A stretch of DNA of 64,000 nucleotides from Eledone cirrhosa (taxonomy: Eukaryota). How positions within the stretch are numbered: the stretch's first letter is position 1; every line of letters starts with the position of its first letter. Shown piece after piece: positions 39,051-54,400 of this stretch. The stretch lies in assembly GCA_964016885.1 (NCBI GenBank), contig OZ024742.1, positions 200,384,001 to 200,448,000 on the forward strand, read 5' to 3'. A model generated the notes under the pieces. The model did no database searches. It worked only from the letters and a program-made list of their open reading frames with translations, and was not told where the DNA came from. The translations under genes were made by a program, and so were the position numbers.

Positions 39051-39358
39051 GGACATTATTATTATTAATATTATTATTATTATTCTCTACATTCCTTAGA
39101 TCAAACTAAAATATGTTGACAATCTTTTAATAATGTCTTCCTTGTGAAATTTGTGGTCTTGTTTTGCTTAACTAATGAATATTTCCAGCTCTGCGCACCT
39201 AACTTCTGCATGAAACCAGCCACCTAGCTGCTTTCTACTGCATATTGCACATTGAGCACATGCCTTTACGCTTCGGCTTCTAACTAACTCACCAATCTCT
39301 CCTCTCATATCTCCTCTACTATCTCAATCTCTCTCTTTAAGATTGGTTACTCTTGAAC

Positions 39359-39409
<51 letters not shown>

Positions 39410-39457
39410 CGAATAAGGAAAAGCAAAGTAGTTTCAGATGTTCAAGTCCTTTAATAA

Positions 39458-39647
39458 TAATTGTTTCTACTTTAGGCACAAGGCCAGCAATTATCCAGTA
39501 CATTACTGGTACTTTATTTTATCGACCCCGTAAGGATGAAAGGCAAAGTCAACCTCGGCGGGATTTGAACTCAGATCGTAAAGGGACGTAACTATGCTGG
39601 AAAGCATGGCGTCCGACCCTCTACCGATACTGCCAATCCACCGCCCA
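39458..39647 (-). mobile_element. SINE family 1, well preserved
   Basis: Reverse complement GGGCGGTGGATTGGCAGTATCGGTAGAG...GAGTTCAAATCCCGCCGAGGTTGACTTTGCCTTTCATCC...GTAGAAACAATTATTATT. Confidence 0.9.
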
Positions 39648-39664
39648 AGTCCTTTAATAATAAT

Positions 39665-39738
39665 GCTGTGATATATATTTCAATGGCGACACTGGTCACA
39701 CTGTTCTGTGTGCGAGTGTCGTGACATCATCAGACAGC
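39665..39738 (-). ncRNA. Type I hammerhead ribozyme motif
   Basis: Stem I GCTGT/ACAGC, CTGATGA, stem II CGACACT/AGTGTCG, GAAA, stem III ATATATAT, AUC triplet. Confidence 0.85.
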
Positions 39739-39828
39739 TTGTTACATAATAAGGTTATGTTTCCGAGGCAATCCAAATTGAATCGACATGGGAACGGATG
39801 AAATGCGTGCTTTTGGGTTTCTCACCCG

Positions 39829-39867
<39 letters not shown>

Positions 39868-40016
39868 TTATTTATGTGTATATATGCATATCTGTGTGTG
39901 TATATATATATATATTTATTTTCCCATATCTTACGTTAAATATTTTTCATCTTGACGTAATAGTCACTTATATGTCTGAATTACTGTTGGCTTCTTGCTT
40001 ACATTAATTTCTCTAT

Positions 40017-40141
<125 letters not shown>

Positions 40142-40759
40142 ATGATGTCTCGTGATGTGGTTTTGACAACACTCCAATATAGAACACCTGGGGAACAGTG
40201 ACTGCTCTCTTCTATATTATATCTCCCAAGGTGACGAAACTACGAAAGTGGTGGTATTTCACTGACACAAATTCGTATGACACCCAAATAGATGCAGCAA
40301 TAGGTCCATTGTCGACATGACACCAAAAAGTTTGAGTACCGGTATTTATTGGCCGGAGAGATAGAATGACAGACGAGAAGATCGCAAAGGAGACATCTGT
40401 ACATCATAGATTATAGAGAGTTTGTACAACACGAGTACCACTTTCTACGTCACAATGATTATTATCTAATGACAAACATAAGAAAGGTGAATAGTAATTA
40501 TGTAAAATGCAGGTTTCACTTCAGAGCTCGCCCCTCTTAGAAGAATGCTGTCATAACAGCTCGGGTTTTTCACACCCAGTGAATTTACTATGCGCCCAGA
40601 CTCCAACACCAAAAGGATTTCTGAGTTCCCGTGCATAGATGGGTTGTCATTTTGGTGACTATAGAGTCTCACAACTACTTCAGTTACCGCATGAAAACGC
40701 CAAATATTATAGTATTTATAACGTTTACTCATTCGGTGCAAAGAGGCTCAAGTTAATAC

Positions 40760-40847
40760 AAAGCTTTCAGTCGAACCACTGAACAACAGAGCTTCTAATC
40801 AGCGCCTGTCTCTGTGGTGAGTCACCTTAACAACATGGAACACTGGC

Positions 40848-40919
<72 letters not shown>

Positions 40920-41190
40920 TCCCTCTCCAGTGGCTCTAGTGATGCCTGTCTCTTTTTGTCCTGTCCGAATTCCCTCCGAACAGCTGCTGGTCGCTGTAGA
41001 GCCAACCTTCAGAAATGGGGATATGCCGCCGATGATGATTCCAACTGCCACGGCGGACAATTACAAATTATGTAGCACCTTCTAGTTTGCTACAATCTTG
41101 AAGATTCATGCACACTCAACGACCTTGAAAACTTAACACCCCAGGCAAGGCTCTGTACGCAACACTGGATGAGTCTGGTGTAGAAGAAGA
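40760..41190 (+). mobile_element. Non-LTR retrotransposon C-terminal relic (cysteine motif), split by (CT)n
   Basis: LSVEPL.....QRLSLW ... NSLRTAAGRCRANLQKWGY....C.GGQ.Q...HLLVC......CTLNDL. Confidence 0.65.
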
Positions 41191-41319
41191 CTCGATACAG
41201 GAGCAGAAGAGCCAAACATATTGCACCTGCTTCCATAAACAACTTTTGAATCAAGCTGTGTTAGTGCTACTGCTATAAATACACGTAGTAAGTATGTACT
41301 TACATGGTTGGGATGTGTC

Positions 41320-42143
41320 TCTCGTTGTCTCGTCAATATTTGCAAGTTCTTATGTTCACATGAATCATTGACTTGATTTTCTCATTTTTTCCTCCCTTTA
41401 CGTTGCCTCACCATTCATGTTTGTTTACCTGTCTCTCTTTCTCCACCCAATTCTTTTTATCCCAATAACTTATTTTAGTTATTGTTCGCGCTAGGCTGAG
41501 GTATCTGGTCTTTAATAAGAAATATATATGATGGCTAGTAGATCACTGATGCTGGATAGTCCTATTTCTAATTCTTCATTTTAATTTTGATATCAAATTT
41601 GCAACAACACAGCACTCCTATTTTCATTCCTATATGCTTTCCTTTTCGCTGTGACCTGTCTTTTTCTCTTCCCTTACTTCTATCCTCTTTCTCTCTCGCC
41701 TTTCTCTCTTACTTTCATTAACCCCCTCTGCTAGTCACCCTCTCTCGGCTAGCCTCTTCCTCACACTTTCACTCACTCACTCTCTGCTACTCAGCCTCTC
41801 TCTCACTTCATCCATCGTCCCACACCGTGCGTAATTCTTTCCTCGCTTACTTTCGCATGGTTGGGAAGAGTCTCTCGTCTTCTCGTCAATATTTGCAAGT
41901 TCTTATGTTCAAATGAATCATTAACTTGATTTTCTCAATTGTCCACTCTTTACGTTGCCTCACCATTCATGTTTGTTTACCTGTCTCTCTTTCTCCACCC
42001 AATTCTTTTTATCCCAATAACTTATTTTCGTCATTGTTCGCGCTAGCCTGAGGTATCTGGTCTTTAGTGCGAAGAAATATCTATGATGGTTAGTAGATCA
42101 CTGATGATGGATAGTCCTATTTCTAATTCTTCATTTTAATTTG
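41320..42143. repeat. Direct duplication (~270 bp, 41320-41590 and 41875-42143)
   Basis: tctcgtcaatatttgcaagttcttatgttca...gatagtcctatttctaattcttcattttaattt occurs twice. Confidence 0.85.
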
Positions 42144-42155
42144 TATATATATATT

Positions 42156-42186
<31 letters not shown>

Positions 42187-42314
42187 TGGCCAGTAACTAC
42201 AAGGACGCCATACCAGGTACGTATGTTTCATCGGCATTGTTTGTGCAAGTTGGTCCTCAGGGCTAACGAAACGTACGTACATGGTATGGCACCGTTGTAG
42301 TAACTGGCCTTATT

Positions 42315-42456
42315 AATTGGCAGTATCGGTAGAGAGTTGGACGCCATGCTTTCTAGCATAGTTACGTCCCTTTACGGTTTGAGTTCAAATCCCGTCGAGG
42401 CTAACTTTGCCTTTCATCCTTACGGGGTCGATAAAATAAAGTACCAGTAATGTACC

Positions 42457-42460
<4 letters not shown>
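42315..42460 (+). mobile_element. SINE family 1
   Basis: TTGGCAGTATCGGTAGAG...GAGTTCAAATCC...core. Confidence 0.85.
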
Positions 42461-42529
<69 letters not shown>

Positions 42530-42708
42530 AGTGGCGCAGCGGTGACTCTGGCTGTCTGATAGCTATGGTAGCGGGACTCAATGTTCTGGCAGGTTTTACC
42601 ATGCTACACAGGTATCAGACTATTGGTCCTAGAGATGATTGATCATCTTCTAGAGTTCAAAAGCTAGCTAAACTGAAGAGGTACTGGCCAGCCCGCCCAG
42701 CCAGTGGG

Positions 42709-45333
42709 GTGGCCGTGAGACTCAGGAAAGCAGAGGGTGCCAGATCGGTCGGAGGTATAGGGTTCATCGTAAACAAGGAATGGGCTTCGAAGGTCGCTTC
42801 TTGCCAGTTCATATCGTCACGGATTGGTGTACTGAACGTGAACCTCTCAGGGAAGGCCACCCTCAAGATCGTCCAGACCTACTCTCCCACAAGTGCCGGC
42901 GACGACGGTGGGGTGGAAGAATTCTATCGCCAGCGAGACAAAGTGCTAGCTGTGAAGTCTACTTACACCGTCGTGATGGGAGACTTCGGCGCAAAGGTCG
43001 GACAGGGACGGCAAGGGGAAGAGTATGTCGGAATATTCGGCCTAGGAGAGTGAAATGAGAGAGGAGAGCCTCTGGTCACCATGGCGGAGGCGAGACGACT
43101 CTACATGGGAAACAGCCTATTCAGGAAGAAGGAGAAGAGATGGATCTGGGTATCGCCAAATTCTGAGCACCGAAACGAGATCGACTACATCCTGGTCAAC
43201 AAGCGACGCATACTGCAGGACGTCTCCGTCATAACGCCATTCAGCACTGGCGGCGATCATCGTCTGGTGAGGGCGGGGGTCGTCATCGACCGGACGAGGG
43301 AGAAGAAGGTGCTGCATTTGGCGCCGAAGGGAGAATGCGTCCGGGTCTTCAACGAGGCGCAGCTACAGGAAGCCACCATCCAGGAAAACTGGCGTCAAGG
43401 AGACGGCATAGACGCTGACTACGACTCACTGATAAGGAAACTGAAGGAGTGCTTGAGGAAGGCTAAGGGTGTGTGCCCGAGGGAGCGGAAGGGAAGAGTC
43501 TCGGAGGAAACTATGAAGTTGCTTGAGAAGAGGAAGAATAGGAAGAGGACACCTGAAGATCACCTAGAATATTCACTTCTCACCAGAGTGATACGTCAAC
43601 AACTAAAGAGAGACTTCGAGGCATACCGGATAGAGAAGCTCCTGAAGGCCGCAGAATTGCGAGAAGGACATGGCAATTTACAGATCGGAGGTGACGGCCC
43701 TGAAGAACACAACTGGAGTACCAGTCAGCGACAAGAGTGAGGTGTAAAAAGTTTGCGAAGACTTCTACCCCAAGCTCTTCAAGTCTGCCGGGAATGTGCA
43801 ACCATTGCCGTCACTCCAACAGGAGGAGAATGTGCCACCCATCCTTGTCGGTGAGGTCGAAAGAGCCGTCGGCTTGATGAAAAGCGGAAAGGCGCCAGGG
43901 AAAGACGGCATAACATCGGAGGTGTTGAAGTCAGGCGGAGAGCAGCTCTGGAAAATCCTCGCCGAGTGATTCACACACTATCTGGACGAGGGAAGAATAC
44001 CCTCGCAGTGGAAAGAGTCGAATACCAAGAAGGGCGATAGAGAAGATCTGAAGAACTACCAACCCATATGCCTGCTGTCTCACGTGTACAAACTGTTCAC
44101 GAAGATAATCCTGAACAGGTTATCACGTCATCTGGACAAACAGCAACCAAGAGAGCAAGCCGGCTTCCGGAAAAACTACAGCACGATGGACCACATATTT
44201 ACTCTGACACAACTGCTTGAGTGAGCGAAAGAGTACAAAATGCCTCTTTGCGTCGCGTTCGTAGACTACGAGAAGGCCTTCGACAGCGTTGAAATCAACG
44301 CAGTGCTGAACTTGCTGCAGAGGCAAGGTGTCGAGGCACAATACGTTCAACTGCTCAAGGAGGCGAATTCCGGATGCACCACCGACATAGCTCTGCTGTC
44401 ATCACCCGTACGAGTGCCGGTCGAGAAGGGAGTGAAGCAAGGAGATACGATCTCTCCAAAACTTTTCACCGCATGTCTCGAGCAGATCATCAGAGGCATT
44501 GACTGGCAAGGCGGTGTCAACATCAACGGCGAGATACTTACCCACCTCTGTTTCGCTGATGACATCGTACTCATCGCTGAAACCACGGATCAGCTTCAGA
44601 CCATGCTGACGGAGCTCGACATCAAAAGCTCTGCAGTAGGTCTCAAAATGAACCGCATGAAAACGAAGTTCATGCGGTCCGACAACGTACCAACAGGTCG
44701 AATGGTGGTTGGCGGTTACGAAATAAAGGAGGTGGAGGAATACGTCTACCTAGGACAAGAAGTGAACATGCGCCGAAACATTGAGAGGGAGATCTCGCGG
44801 AGAGAAAGGGCCGGATGGAAGGCGTTCAACGGCATAAGGGATGTGTCTAAGGGGAGGTTGGACAAGACCACCCGCGCCAACCTCTTCAATAGCACAGTTT
44901 TACCTGCAATGTTATATGGCAGTGAAACTTGGGCTACAACGAAGAGAGAAGAGCAGAGGCAGGTAACAGCCCAAAGAGCCACGGAGAGATCAATGCTAGG
45001 AATCTCGTTGAGAGAGCACATCAGGAGCGAAGTCATCAGACAGAAGTTCGGCGTGATGGACGTCATCACGGAATATATGCGTAGCAAGTTCAGATGGGCT
45101 GGACACGTCGCCCGGTTCACCGATAATCGGTGGACCCGCGCAGTTGCCGAGTGGTACCCGTGCGAGCGGAAACGACCACTCGGAAGGCCTCCACGAAGGT
45201 GGAGTTACGATTTTAGAAATATGATTGGGACTACATGGATGAGGAAAGCACGATCCAGAGAGGAATGGACGGCGTGCTGTGACCAGCGGCGCCGAATGGA
45301 CGCCCGACAGACTGGTCGGTCAAGGTGATCAAG

Positions 45334-45337
<4 letters not shown>
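42709..45337 (+). mobile_element. RTE-clade LINE copy 2, 5'-truncated, intact 3' end
   Basis: EN GGIGFIV, RIGVL, EIDYIL; RT and C-terminus DYEKAFDS, GVKQGD, FADD, YGSETW, RWAGHVAR, KRPLGRPP.RW; 3' tandem tail (TCAAGGTGA)2. Confidence 0.95.
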
Positions 45338-45376
<39 letters not shown>

Positions 45377-45829
45377 ACGACGCGTTTTTGTACACTTTTT
45401 CCGACTCTATGGTTATGTTACCTGATTTTCTTTGCTGTTATTTATAGCGATCGACTGTTATTACAGTTAATGTTTGCGTTCGGCATTCTCACATTTTGAA
45501 ACACACGCATACACACATACACACAAACACACACATATATATACACACACACATACATACACCCCACACCATATGTCTGTGTAATATATATTATTTAGAG
45601 ACCGTTAGCCCACTCCCAATGAAAAAGAAAAAGAAAAAGCAAATGTTATTCTTTAGCTTGTGAGACCCCATACTGAGCCTGAAGTACTAAAGATCAGATT
45701 TGCATCGAAATGAGAATGTCTTATTCTGAAGATAAAATATACCAGTCGATATGCTCACACACACGAATAGAGACTATCTGATAAGAAAGGAAGATAAGTA
45801 AGGATAGGCCTTCGAGATAATGCTACACA

Positions 45830-45945
<116 letters not shown>

Positions 45946-46296
45946 CAAAACAAAATTGCACCCAGAAAAATACATGAAACACGTGGGACGAACGAACAAA
46001 CTATATATATATATATATATATATACAAATGAATATATGATAAACACTAATACAAGTATAAAAGTGTTTTATTGATTTATTATTTTAAATCGAGACAGGC
46101 AAACTGTATTAATTTAATTAGTATTTTTCAATCTAGCTAACTTGGTCATTTGCAATACAAACACTTTTATACTTGTATTAGTGTTTATCATATATTCATT
46201 TGTATTTCACGGCTCAGAAATATTTCTTTGAGCTATTTAATTGTAAAAGACTGTTTGAGTTTATAACTCTCTATATAGTATATATATATATATATA

Positions 46297-46457
46297 GGAA
46301 CGAGTAGGACCCCAACGGCTGAGCTCAAGCCGTTTCGACGGCTAATTCTGGACTAAAAGTCCAGAATTAGCCGTCTATTACCCACTTTACTACACTAAGT
46401 ATTGAGTACTTTGGTACGTTATGTTCCACCTGGTTCCTTACCACATTTCCTTCGTTA
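46297..46457. mobile_element. Penelope pseudo-LTR foldback fragment
   Basis: Matches 35980-36040 and 36258-36396; (TA)n on both sides. Confidence 0.85.
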
Positions 46458-46676
46458 TATATATATATATATATATATATATAAGCGATTTACAAGTCAG
46501 CTTAGCCACACATTTCTCTTGATTTTGAAAATCATGAAACTTGTGAAACCGGTAAAGGCATAAATGATTATAAATAACCCTTCTGAAAGACTCCAATTGC
46601 ATTTTCAAATTGTTTTCCCTTTATTTTTACCCGTGTAGGGCATATTGAAAAACCTTGCCTTATATACATATATACA

Positions 46677-46760
<84 letters not shown>

Positions 46761-46940
46761 GATGGCTCCATCTCGTTTTTGAGAATTATTATTACTTCAT
46801 CCCTCTCTCAAACATGGGTTGCACGACCATGGCCTTTTTAGTCCTGTCAGAGTTTTATATTCCTTTCTCCATATGCTGCAGCAATGCACGTTGTTCCGCT
46901 TTAGTGTCGGTATATATTTATATATATATATATATATAAT

Positions 46941-47380
46941 TTCAATTCATAGCTGGGCTTTCAAAATGTTTATTTATTAAACATACCGTATATCTTTAGA
47001 TATACGAAATACACTTTCATATATGTACACAGCTATGCCGAAGCTACATTTTAATTCTGCTTTTAACTTGAGCCAAGTTATAAAGCTTCATATGCAAATG
47101 AGGCTAATCAGCCCAACTACACATGCGAAAAAGCTATATATTGCCGCCTGTTTCAAGTTCCAGCAGAGAGCAAGGGGAAGCACTGTCCTGATGATACCCA
47201 GAGCTCAAAATGCATCCACTGCTTCTGCTGGAACCCACTAGACGGCGCTGGGCGTCAGCTTTTCAAGTCATAGCTGGGCTTTCAAAACGTCTATTTATTA
47301 ATCATACCGCATATCTTTAAATATACGAAATTCACATACATGCATGTATACAGCTCTGCAGAAGCAAAATTTTAATACAC
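46941..47380 (+). mobile_element. Hammerhead-bearing small element, 321-bp unit with ~120-bp terminal redundancy
   Basis: 46941-47070 repeated at 47262-47380; octamer at 47092; CTGATGA at 47188; divergent inverse copy at 48752-49110. Confidence 0.7.
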
Positions 47381-47899
47381 ACACACACACATATATATAT
47401 ATGTATTTATATGTATGTGTGTTTAGGTTTTGTAACTAAGCGGTTCGACGAATAGATATTGGAAACATGGTTACCATCCGAAATATTTACTGAGGTTGAT
47501 TTTATCTACTAAAATACAAGTGGATAATACTGCCCTGACATGACTGCCGTTTAATGACTGACACAATATCTGGTGCTAACATTCTTAAAAATGAATGTAA
47601 TTGAGGATAGCAAAATGAAAAAGAAAAAGAAAGACTAAACAAACAAAAAGCAATGGCAAAAAAAAGCTCGGATATGAAAAAATCTCACAAGTCACTGATT
47701 TTCAACAAATGTAAGTTGAAAAAGTACACCATATATTTTCTGACACTTCATCCATTCATCTAAGCATGGGCTCCGAACTCAGGATAGGGTCATAGGGGCG
47801 CCGTTTTAGAATCCTGGTGGAGGTTCTTTCTCTCCAGGCTTGAACACAACCGAGTACTTTCAATGATAAAAGTTTACCATAATTGTATCTCTATTGGCG

Positions 47900-48020
47900 A
47901 AGGCGCATGGCTGAATGGTTAGAGAATTGAATTCGCAATCGTGAGGTTGTGAGTTCGATTCCCGGACCAGGCGATGCGTTATGTCCTTGGGCAAGACACT
48001 TTATTTCACGTTGCTCCGTC
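47900..48020 (+). mobile_element. SINE family 2
   Basis: GGCGCATGGCTGAATGG, GAGTTCGATTCC, CORE-like TGTCCTTGGGCAAGACACTTTA. Confidence 0.8.
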
Positions 48021-48751
48021 TACCTGGAGTTACAACCGATAGATAGTATAAGCAATTGGAAAAACCAATGGAAACATTGTTTCCTCCGTCCGGTTTGACG
48101 AAAGTCGATCGACTGACGCCGTCGTCTGTTGAAGTCCTTGTGATATCTATCATTTATGGAAAAATAAAAATAGATGAAGTTTAAGCCATCTATGGTAATA
48201 AAGGTGCAGGCATTAAAGCTATAAACTATCTCTTGCAGTAATCTTTACGCTTGGAAACAGTAGTACTTGTCATATATAGTATTTCATCTATAAAACCACT
48301 ATTTAGAAATGCTTCGTTATAATAATCAGAAGCAGTAATGAATGCGGCCCTATATGAAGATAAGGAGGATATATATTTATCAAAGCTTAGGGCTAGTTTC
48401 ATTAGAATAGTGTTAACTGGCTTTGAATTCTTATTTATATAAAATGTTTGTTATTATGAGTTTTTCCATAAGGGTAGAATTTATTCGACTCTAGATTTAA
48501 TTACCGATAAGATTAGAAACACTAAGATTATCTACAGAGAATTATAATTTATTTCTCCATATAACTTTACGAAGTATTTTCTAAATCTATCTAGTTTGTG
48601 ACCGTTCTTGTTAATTAAGACTATAATCCCATCTTCTCTGAATAAACACCCTTGTGAGGTGGAAAATTCTTCTCATCAGTCGGCTGCTAGGGATATGTTA
48701 TTTCAGTGCTTTAAATACGTATTTAAACACACATACACACAAATATATATA

Positions 48752-49110
48752 TTTAGAATTTAGCTTCGACATAGCTGTATACAAATATGTATGTGAATTT
48801 CGTATATCTAAAGATATACGGTATGTTTATAAATAGACATTTTGAAAGCCACAGTTATGAATAGAACACTGGCTGTCAGCGCCACCGAGCGGTGTCCAGC
48901 AGAAGCAAGGAGAAATAACCGTCGATGCATTTCGAACTTAATTGTTCTCATCGGGACAATGCTTCCCTCTCGTTACTGCTGGACTTTGAAATAGGCGAAA
49001 ATATATAGTTTTTTTCGTCTGTGTAAATGAGCTGATTAGCCTCATTTGCATACGAAACTGTATAATTGGCTAAACTTCAAATATAATTAGAATTTAGCTT
49101 CGACATAGAT
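48752..49110 (-). mobile_element. Hammerhead-bearing small element (same family as 46941-47380)
   Basis: Minus strand TGTC-CCGATGA-GAAC/GTTC-GAAA-TGCA-TC-GACG (48920-48958); terminal redundancy agaatttagcttcgacatag. Confidence 0.7.
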
Positions 49111-49231
49111 TATAAGCAGACTGATTCAACTGGAATCCCAAACGAGATAAGCCAAGCTCATGGATGTTATCCAACAATCTTGCTCAGGGTCTACCCCTGG
49201 GTCTTGATTTTATTATGACTAAATAGTGTAT

Positions 49232-49279
49232 CTTGTTACTCTGAAGTTTCACCTGCTACCCACAGGGTCATCAGACAAA
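49232..49279 (-). ncRNA. Type I hammerhead ribozyme motif
   Basis: TTTGT-CTGATGA-CCTG/CAGG-GAAA-CTTCAGAG-TA-ACAAG. Confidence 0.7.
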
Positions 49280-49415
49280 ATGAAACTCCAGAGTATCAAA
49301 ACTCACTAATTAGCTCAATAAAATGACTATTTAAATTCTAATTCGGTATTGAGTAGCCCCTTCTATTTATAAATATATAAACATGATATTTTGACACCTC
49401 GTTGTTCGTACTACT

Positions 49416-49481
<66 letters not shown>

Positions 49482-49526
49482 TGTATATATATATATATAT
49501 GATATGTTGATTTAAAACTTCACTAT

Positions 49527-49754
49527 TCACAAGTGTTGTTTAACCTTCATATCATGTCTCCCTATTTTATCTGACGAAAACGCAAATGTTATTGCATGAT
49601 GATATTTGTTTTTGAAATGCGCATAATAACATACATGGAACTCTTTTAACCATCTTTTGATCTTATATATTATTTATACTCCAGTCCTACAAACTGCAGA
49701 GTGCTACTTATCCGATATCTGCATTGCTTTATTGTACTACAATAAAACTCACCT

Positions 49755-49758
<4 letters not shown>
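49527..49758 (+). mobile_element. Hammerhead-bearing small element (family of 8158-8368)
   Basis: TTTTAT-CTGACGA...GAAA-TGCGCA-TA-ATAA. Confidence 0.75.
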
Positions 49759-49837
<79 letters not shown>

Positions 49838-49923
49838 GAATAAATGAACAGAGAACAAAAAACAGAGAGGCAGTACAAATGGTATGGTTTTTAGTTTCAC
49901 GCTTGAGAGTGGGGGTGGGTGAG

Positions 49924-49965
<42 letters not shown>

Positions 49966-50096
49966 AACAAGAGAGACGACTTTATTATACTAAAACTCTT
50001 TACGGGGAAAATCCCAAGGAACAAAAACCATGGAGTGCTTCACATCTGTTTATAAATAAGTCGGCAGATTTTTGATCAACCAACTTTCTTCAATTG

Positions 50097-50156
<60 letters not shown>

Positions 50157-50189
50157 ATATAATAATAAAGGGGGTATATATATATATAT

Positions 50190-50376
50190 AGGAACGAGTA
50201 GGACCCCGACGGCTGAGCTCAAGCCGTTCCGACGAATTAGCCGTCGAAACGGCTTGAGCTCAGCCGTCGTGGTCTAACTCGTTCCTATTATCCTATTACC
50301 CACTCTACTACCCTAAGTATTGAGTACTTTGGTGCGTTATGGTCCACCTGGTTCCTTACCACATTTCCTTCGTTAT
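50190..50376. mobile_element. Penelope pseudo-LTR foldback fragment
   Basis: gaccccgacggctgagctcaagccg... followed by its inverse. Confidence 0.85.
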
Positions 50377-50380
50377 ACAT

Positions 50381-50467
<87 letters not shown>

Positions 50468-50589
50468 TATATATATATATATATATTTATTAAAATAACA
50501 GATTAAAGTTTAAGCAAAGAATCGCTGCTTTCACCCTTAACGGGATCTTCTGATATATATACACCCCCTTTATTATTATATTTTCATAA

Positions 50590-50782
50590 TGGGCGGTGGA
50601 TTGGCAGTATCGGTAGATGGTCGGACGCCATGCTTTGACGCATAGAGTTACGGCCCTTGCCATTCTGAGTTCGAAACCCGCCGAGGTTAACTTTGCCTTT
50701 CATCCTTACGGGGTCGATAAAATAAAGTACCAGTAATGCACTGGGTAATTGCTGGCCTTGTGCCAAAAGTAGAAACAATTAT
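50590..50782 (+). mobile_element. SINE family 1, full length
   Basis: A box TGGCAGTATCGG, B box GAGTTCGAAACC, core and tail. Confidence 0.9.
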
Positions 50783-51269
50783 TAGATTTTCATAATACTA
50801 CTTCTGTTTCCTATAATATTTTTTCCTTTGATATAATATATACTTTTCATTCAATACCTATCTTAATTGATTATAAAGCAGCATAGAGACGGAATAACAG
50901 TCCATTTTTTTTTTTACCAATCTAATTACGCTATATTTTAGATAATTTATGATACGTTTAAATGATTTCTCTCAGTCATCTAACCCCCTATGTGTTGATT
51001 TTTTTCTAGTCATATGCTTGGAGGTCACCAATCTGTCCAGCTCGTTTGTCTACGAGTATATCATGAAAAAAATTATACATCTCCTATCTATTTTGTCTGA
51101 AGAGGACATGTTTTACTTTATGTTATACATCATCGAAATATATATATAATAAAATAGAGAGGATATAAAGTATATATCTTTCGTTTATTACTATTATATA
51201 TATTTTTATCTAAAGACATGTTTTCCAATTCCACCCCGCCCGTCCCTTCAATCTATCTTATTTCTCATT

Positions 51270-51395
51270 TTTTCTTCTGATGAAGGACTAGCGTCCGAAA
51301 CGTTAATACCCTCTTCCTGCTATTTCAAGTGTTAACCTAATATATTCCTTCCATATACTGTACTGATTGTGTTGTTATTTCCGTTTACCTTTTAC
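51270..51395 (+). ncRNA. Minimal hammerhead motif of a Penelope-type repeat
   Basis: CTGATGA-GGAC/GTCC-GAAA-CGTTA; stem I weak; downstream sequence recurs at 27133-27290. Confidence 0.55.
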
Positions 51396-51634
51396 ACACA
51401 CACACACACACTCCCCCTTCTCTCTCTCACACACACACACATATAAAGTTAGTTCCACAACATATTAGCTAACCATCTTCGAGGACAGATTGAAAACCCG
51501 CTAGGTGGAACACGCGTCTTCGAGTATGGTTTGCTAATATGTTGTGGAACTAACTTTATAGCGAACTGGTCACATGGATTGTGTGCTCTACTTACTACGG
51601 ATATAACCTCCCAGTGTTCTACTACTACTACTAC

Positions 51635-51729
<95 letters not shown>

Positions 51730-51740
51730 TTACGCCCAAA

Positions 51741-51837
<97 letters not shown>

Positions 51838-52190
51838 ATAATAAAAGGAATTCCAACTTTGTCTGATTTACTCGTTTTATTTACAATCCTTTAAAATTAT
51901 AATGGTATTATAATGAAATAGTATGGTAGAATGTTAAATGTTAATTGAACAGGTACTTTCATGCTTTCGCAGTCTTCAGGTTCATATTCAATGGTGACAG
52001 TCAAGTTTGTAATTTTCAACTGTTCAAAATTGCAAACTTGATTGTCACCACTGAATATGAACCTGAAGATTGCGAAAACATCAAAGTACTTGTTCAATTA
52101 ACATTTAACATTTAATATTCTACCATTATAATTTTAAAGGATTGTAAATAAAACGAGTAAATCAGACAAAGTTGGCATTCCTTTTATTAA
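51838..52190. repeat. Foldback element (~175-bp arms) with minimal hammerhead-like core at 52058-52097
   Basis: TGAAC-CTGAAGA-ttgc-GAAA...GTTCA; arms inverted about ~52020. Confidence 0.7.
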
Positions 52191-52229
52191 TATAATCTTC
52201 TATACACAATCATACACACCCGTGTATAT

Positions 52230-52318
<89 letters not shown>

Positions 52319-52559
52319 AGCGAGAATCGCATTTCGGCGGGTAGAAATTAGCGAAACGCAACTTCAATAATGTGCAGACAAGTGCTCCATGGATATGAAG
52401 AGGATTGCAGAGCTATAAACATAAGTTAAAATGGTCATACACGCTGAGAGGATGGTTAAGAAGCGATAGCCACCATAGCCAAATAGCGAACAAGCTAAAC
52501 GGGTCAAACAAAATGAGATATGATTGAAATAGTTATATATATATATATATATACGCGCC

Positions 52560-52603
<44 letters not shown>

Positions 52604-52744
52604 TGCCTGTGTGTATAGATACATGAATATAAGTATGTGTACGGGTGTTTGTGGATCTGAAAGACAGACAGACAACGGCAGGGAACTAGGGAGAAAAATT
52701 GTGAGAGAAAGAGGAAAGAGATAAAAGAAAGCGCTCAACAACAC

Positions 52745-52791
<47 letters not shown>

Positions 52792-52806
52792 TCTCTCTCT
52801 TTCACT

Positions 52807-52877
<71 letters not shown>

Positions 52878-53217
52878 AATATATAAATATATGTCTGTGT
52901 GTATGTGTATATATATGTATGTGTGTATATATATGATGGTTGGAAGATCACTGATGAAGGACTAACTTTATTCATATGTAACCCATTTGCAACCACGCAG
53001 CACGTTTGTTTATATATATATATATATATATATGGGTGTGTGTGTAAGTGTGAGTGTCTGTTTGTATATTTGAAGGTTTCTTTTTTTGCGACGGTGTGTT
53101 TGTGTGTCTGTCATTGCATCTGTGCCTTCAGTCACATTAACACACCACTCATACTCATAAACCAACACACGCACACACAGGCACACACTGACACACACAC
53201 ACACACACAAACACACA

Positions 53218-53353
<136 letters not shown>

Positions 53354-53499
53354 GTCTCTCTCTCGCTCTCTCTTTTCTTCCCCATTTCTCTCTCATATAC
53401 ACACAGCTGTATGTAAACAACTTTAGCGGATCACACAACACACGCTTCTATCGCTCTTCTTTAAAATACTCCAAGACTTTTGGTGAACAAGAAAAAACA

Positions 53500-54400
<901 letters not shown>

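Noticed and set aside
42709-45337. APOBEC-type G-to-A editing of copy 2 as the explanation of the A/G differences
   Set aside because: Copy 2 retains the conserved RTE residues at most differing sites, so A is ancestral; only isolated CpG sites (e.g. YQPI) fit G-to-A
47900-47970. tRNA genes at A/B-box sequences
   Set aside because: No complete cloverleaf; they continue into repeated SINE bodies
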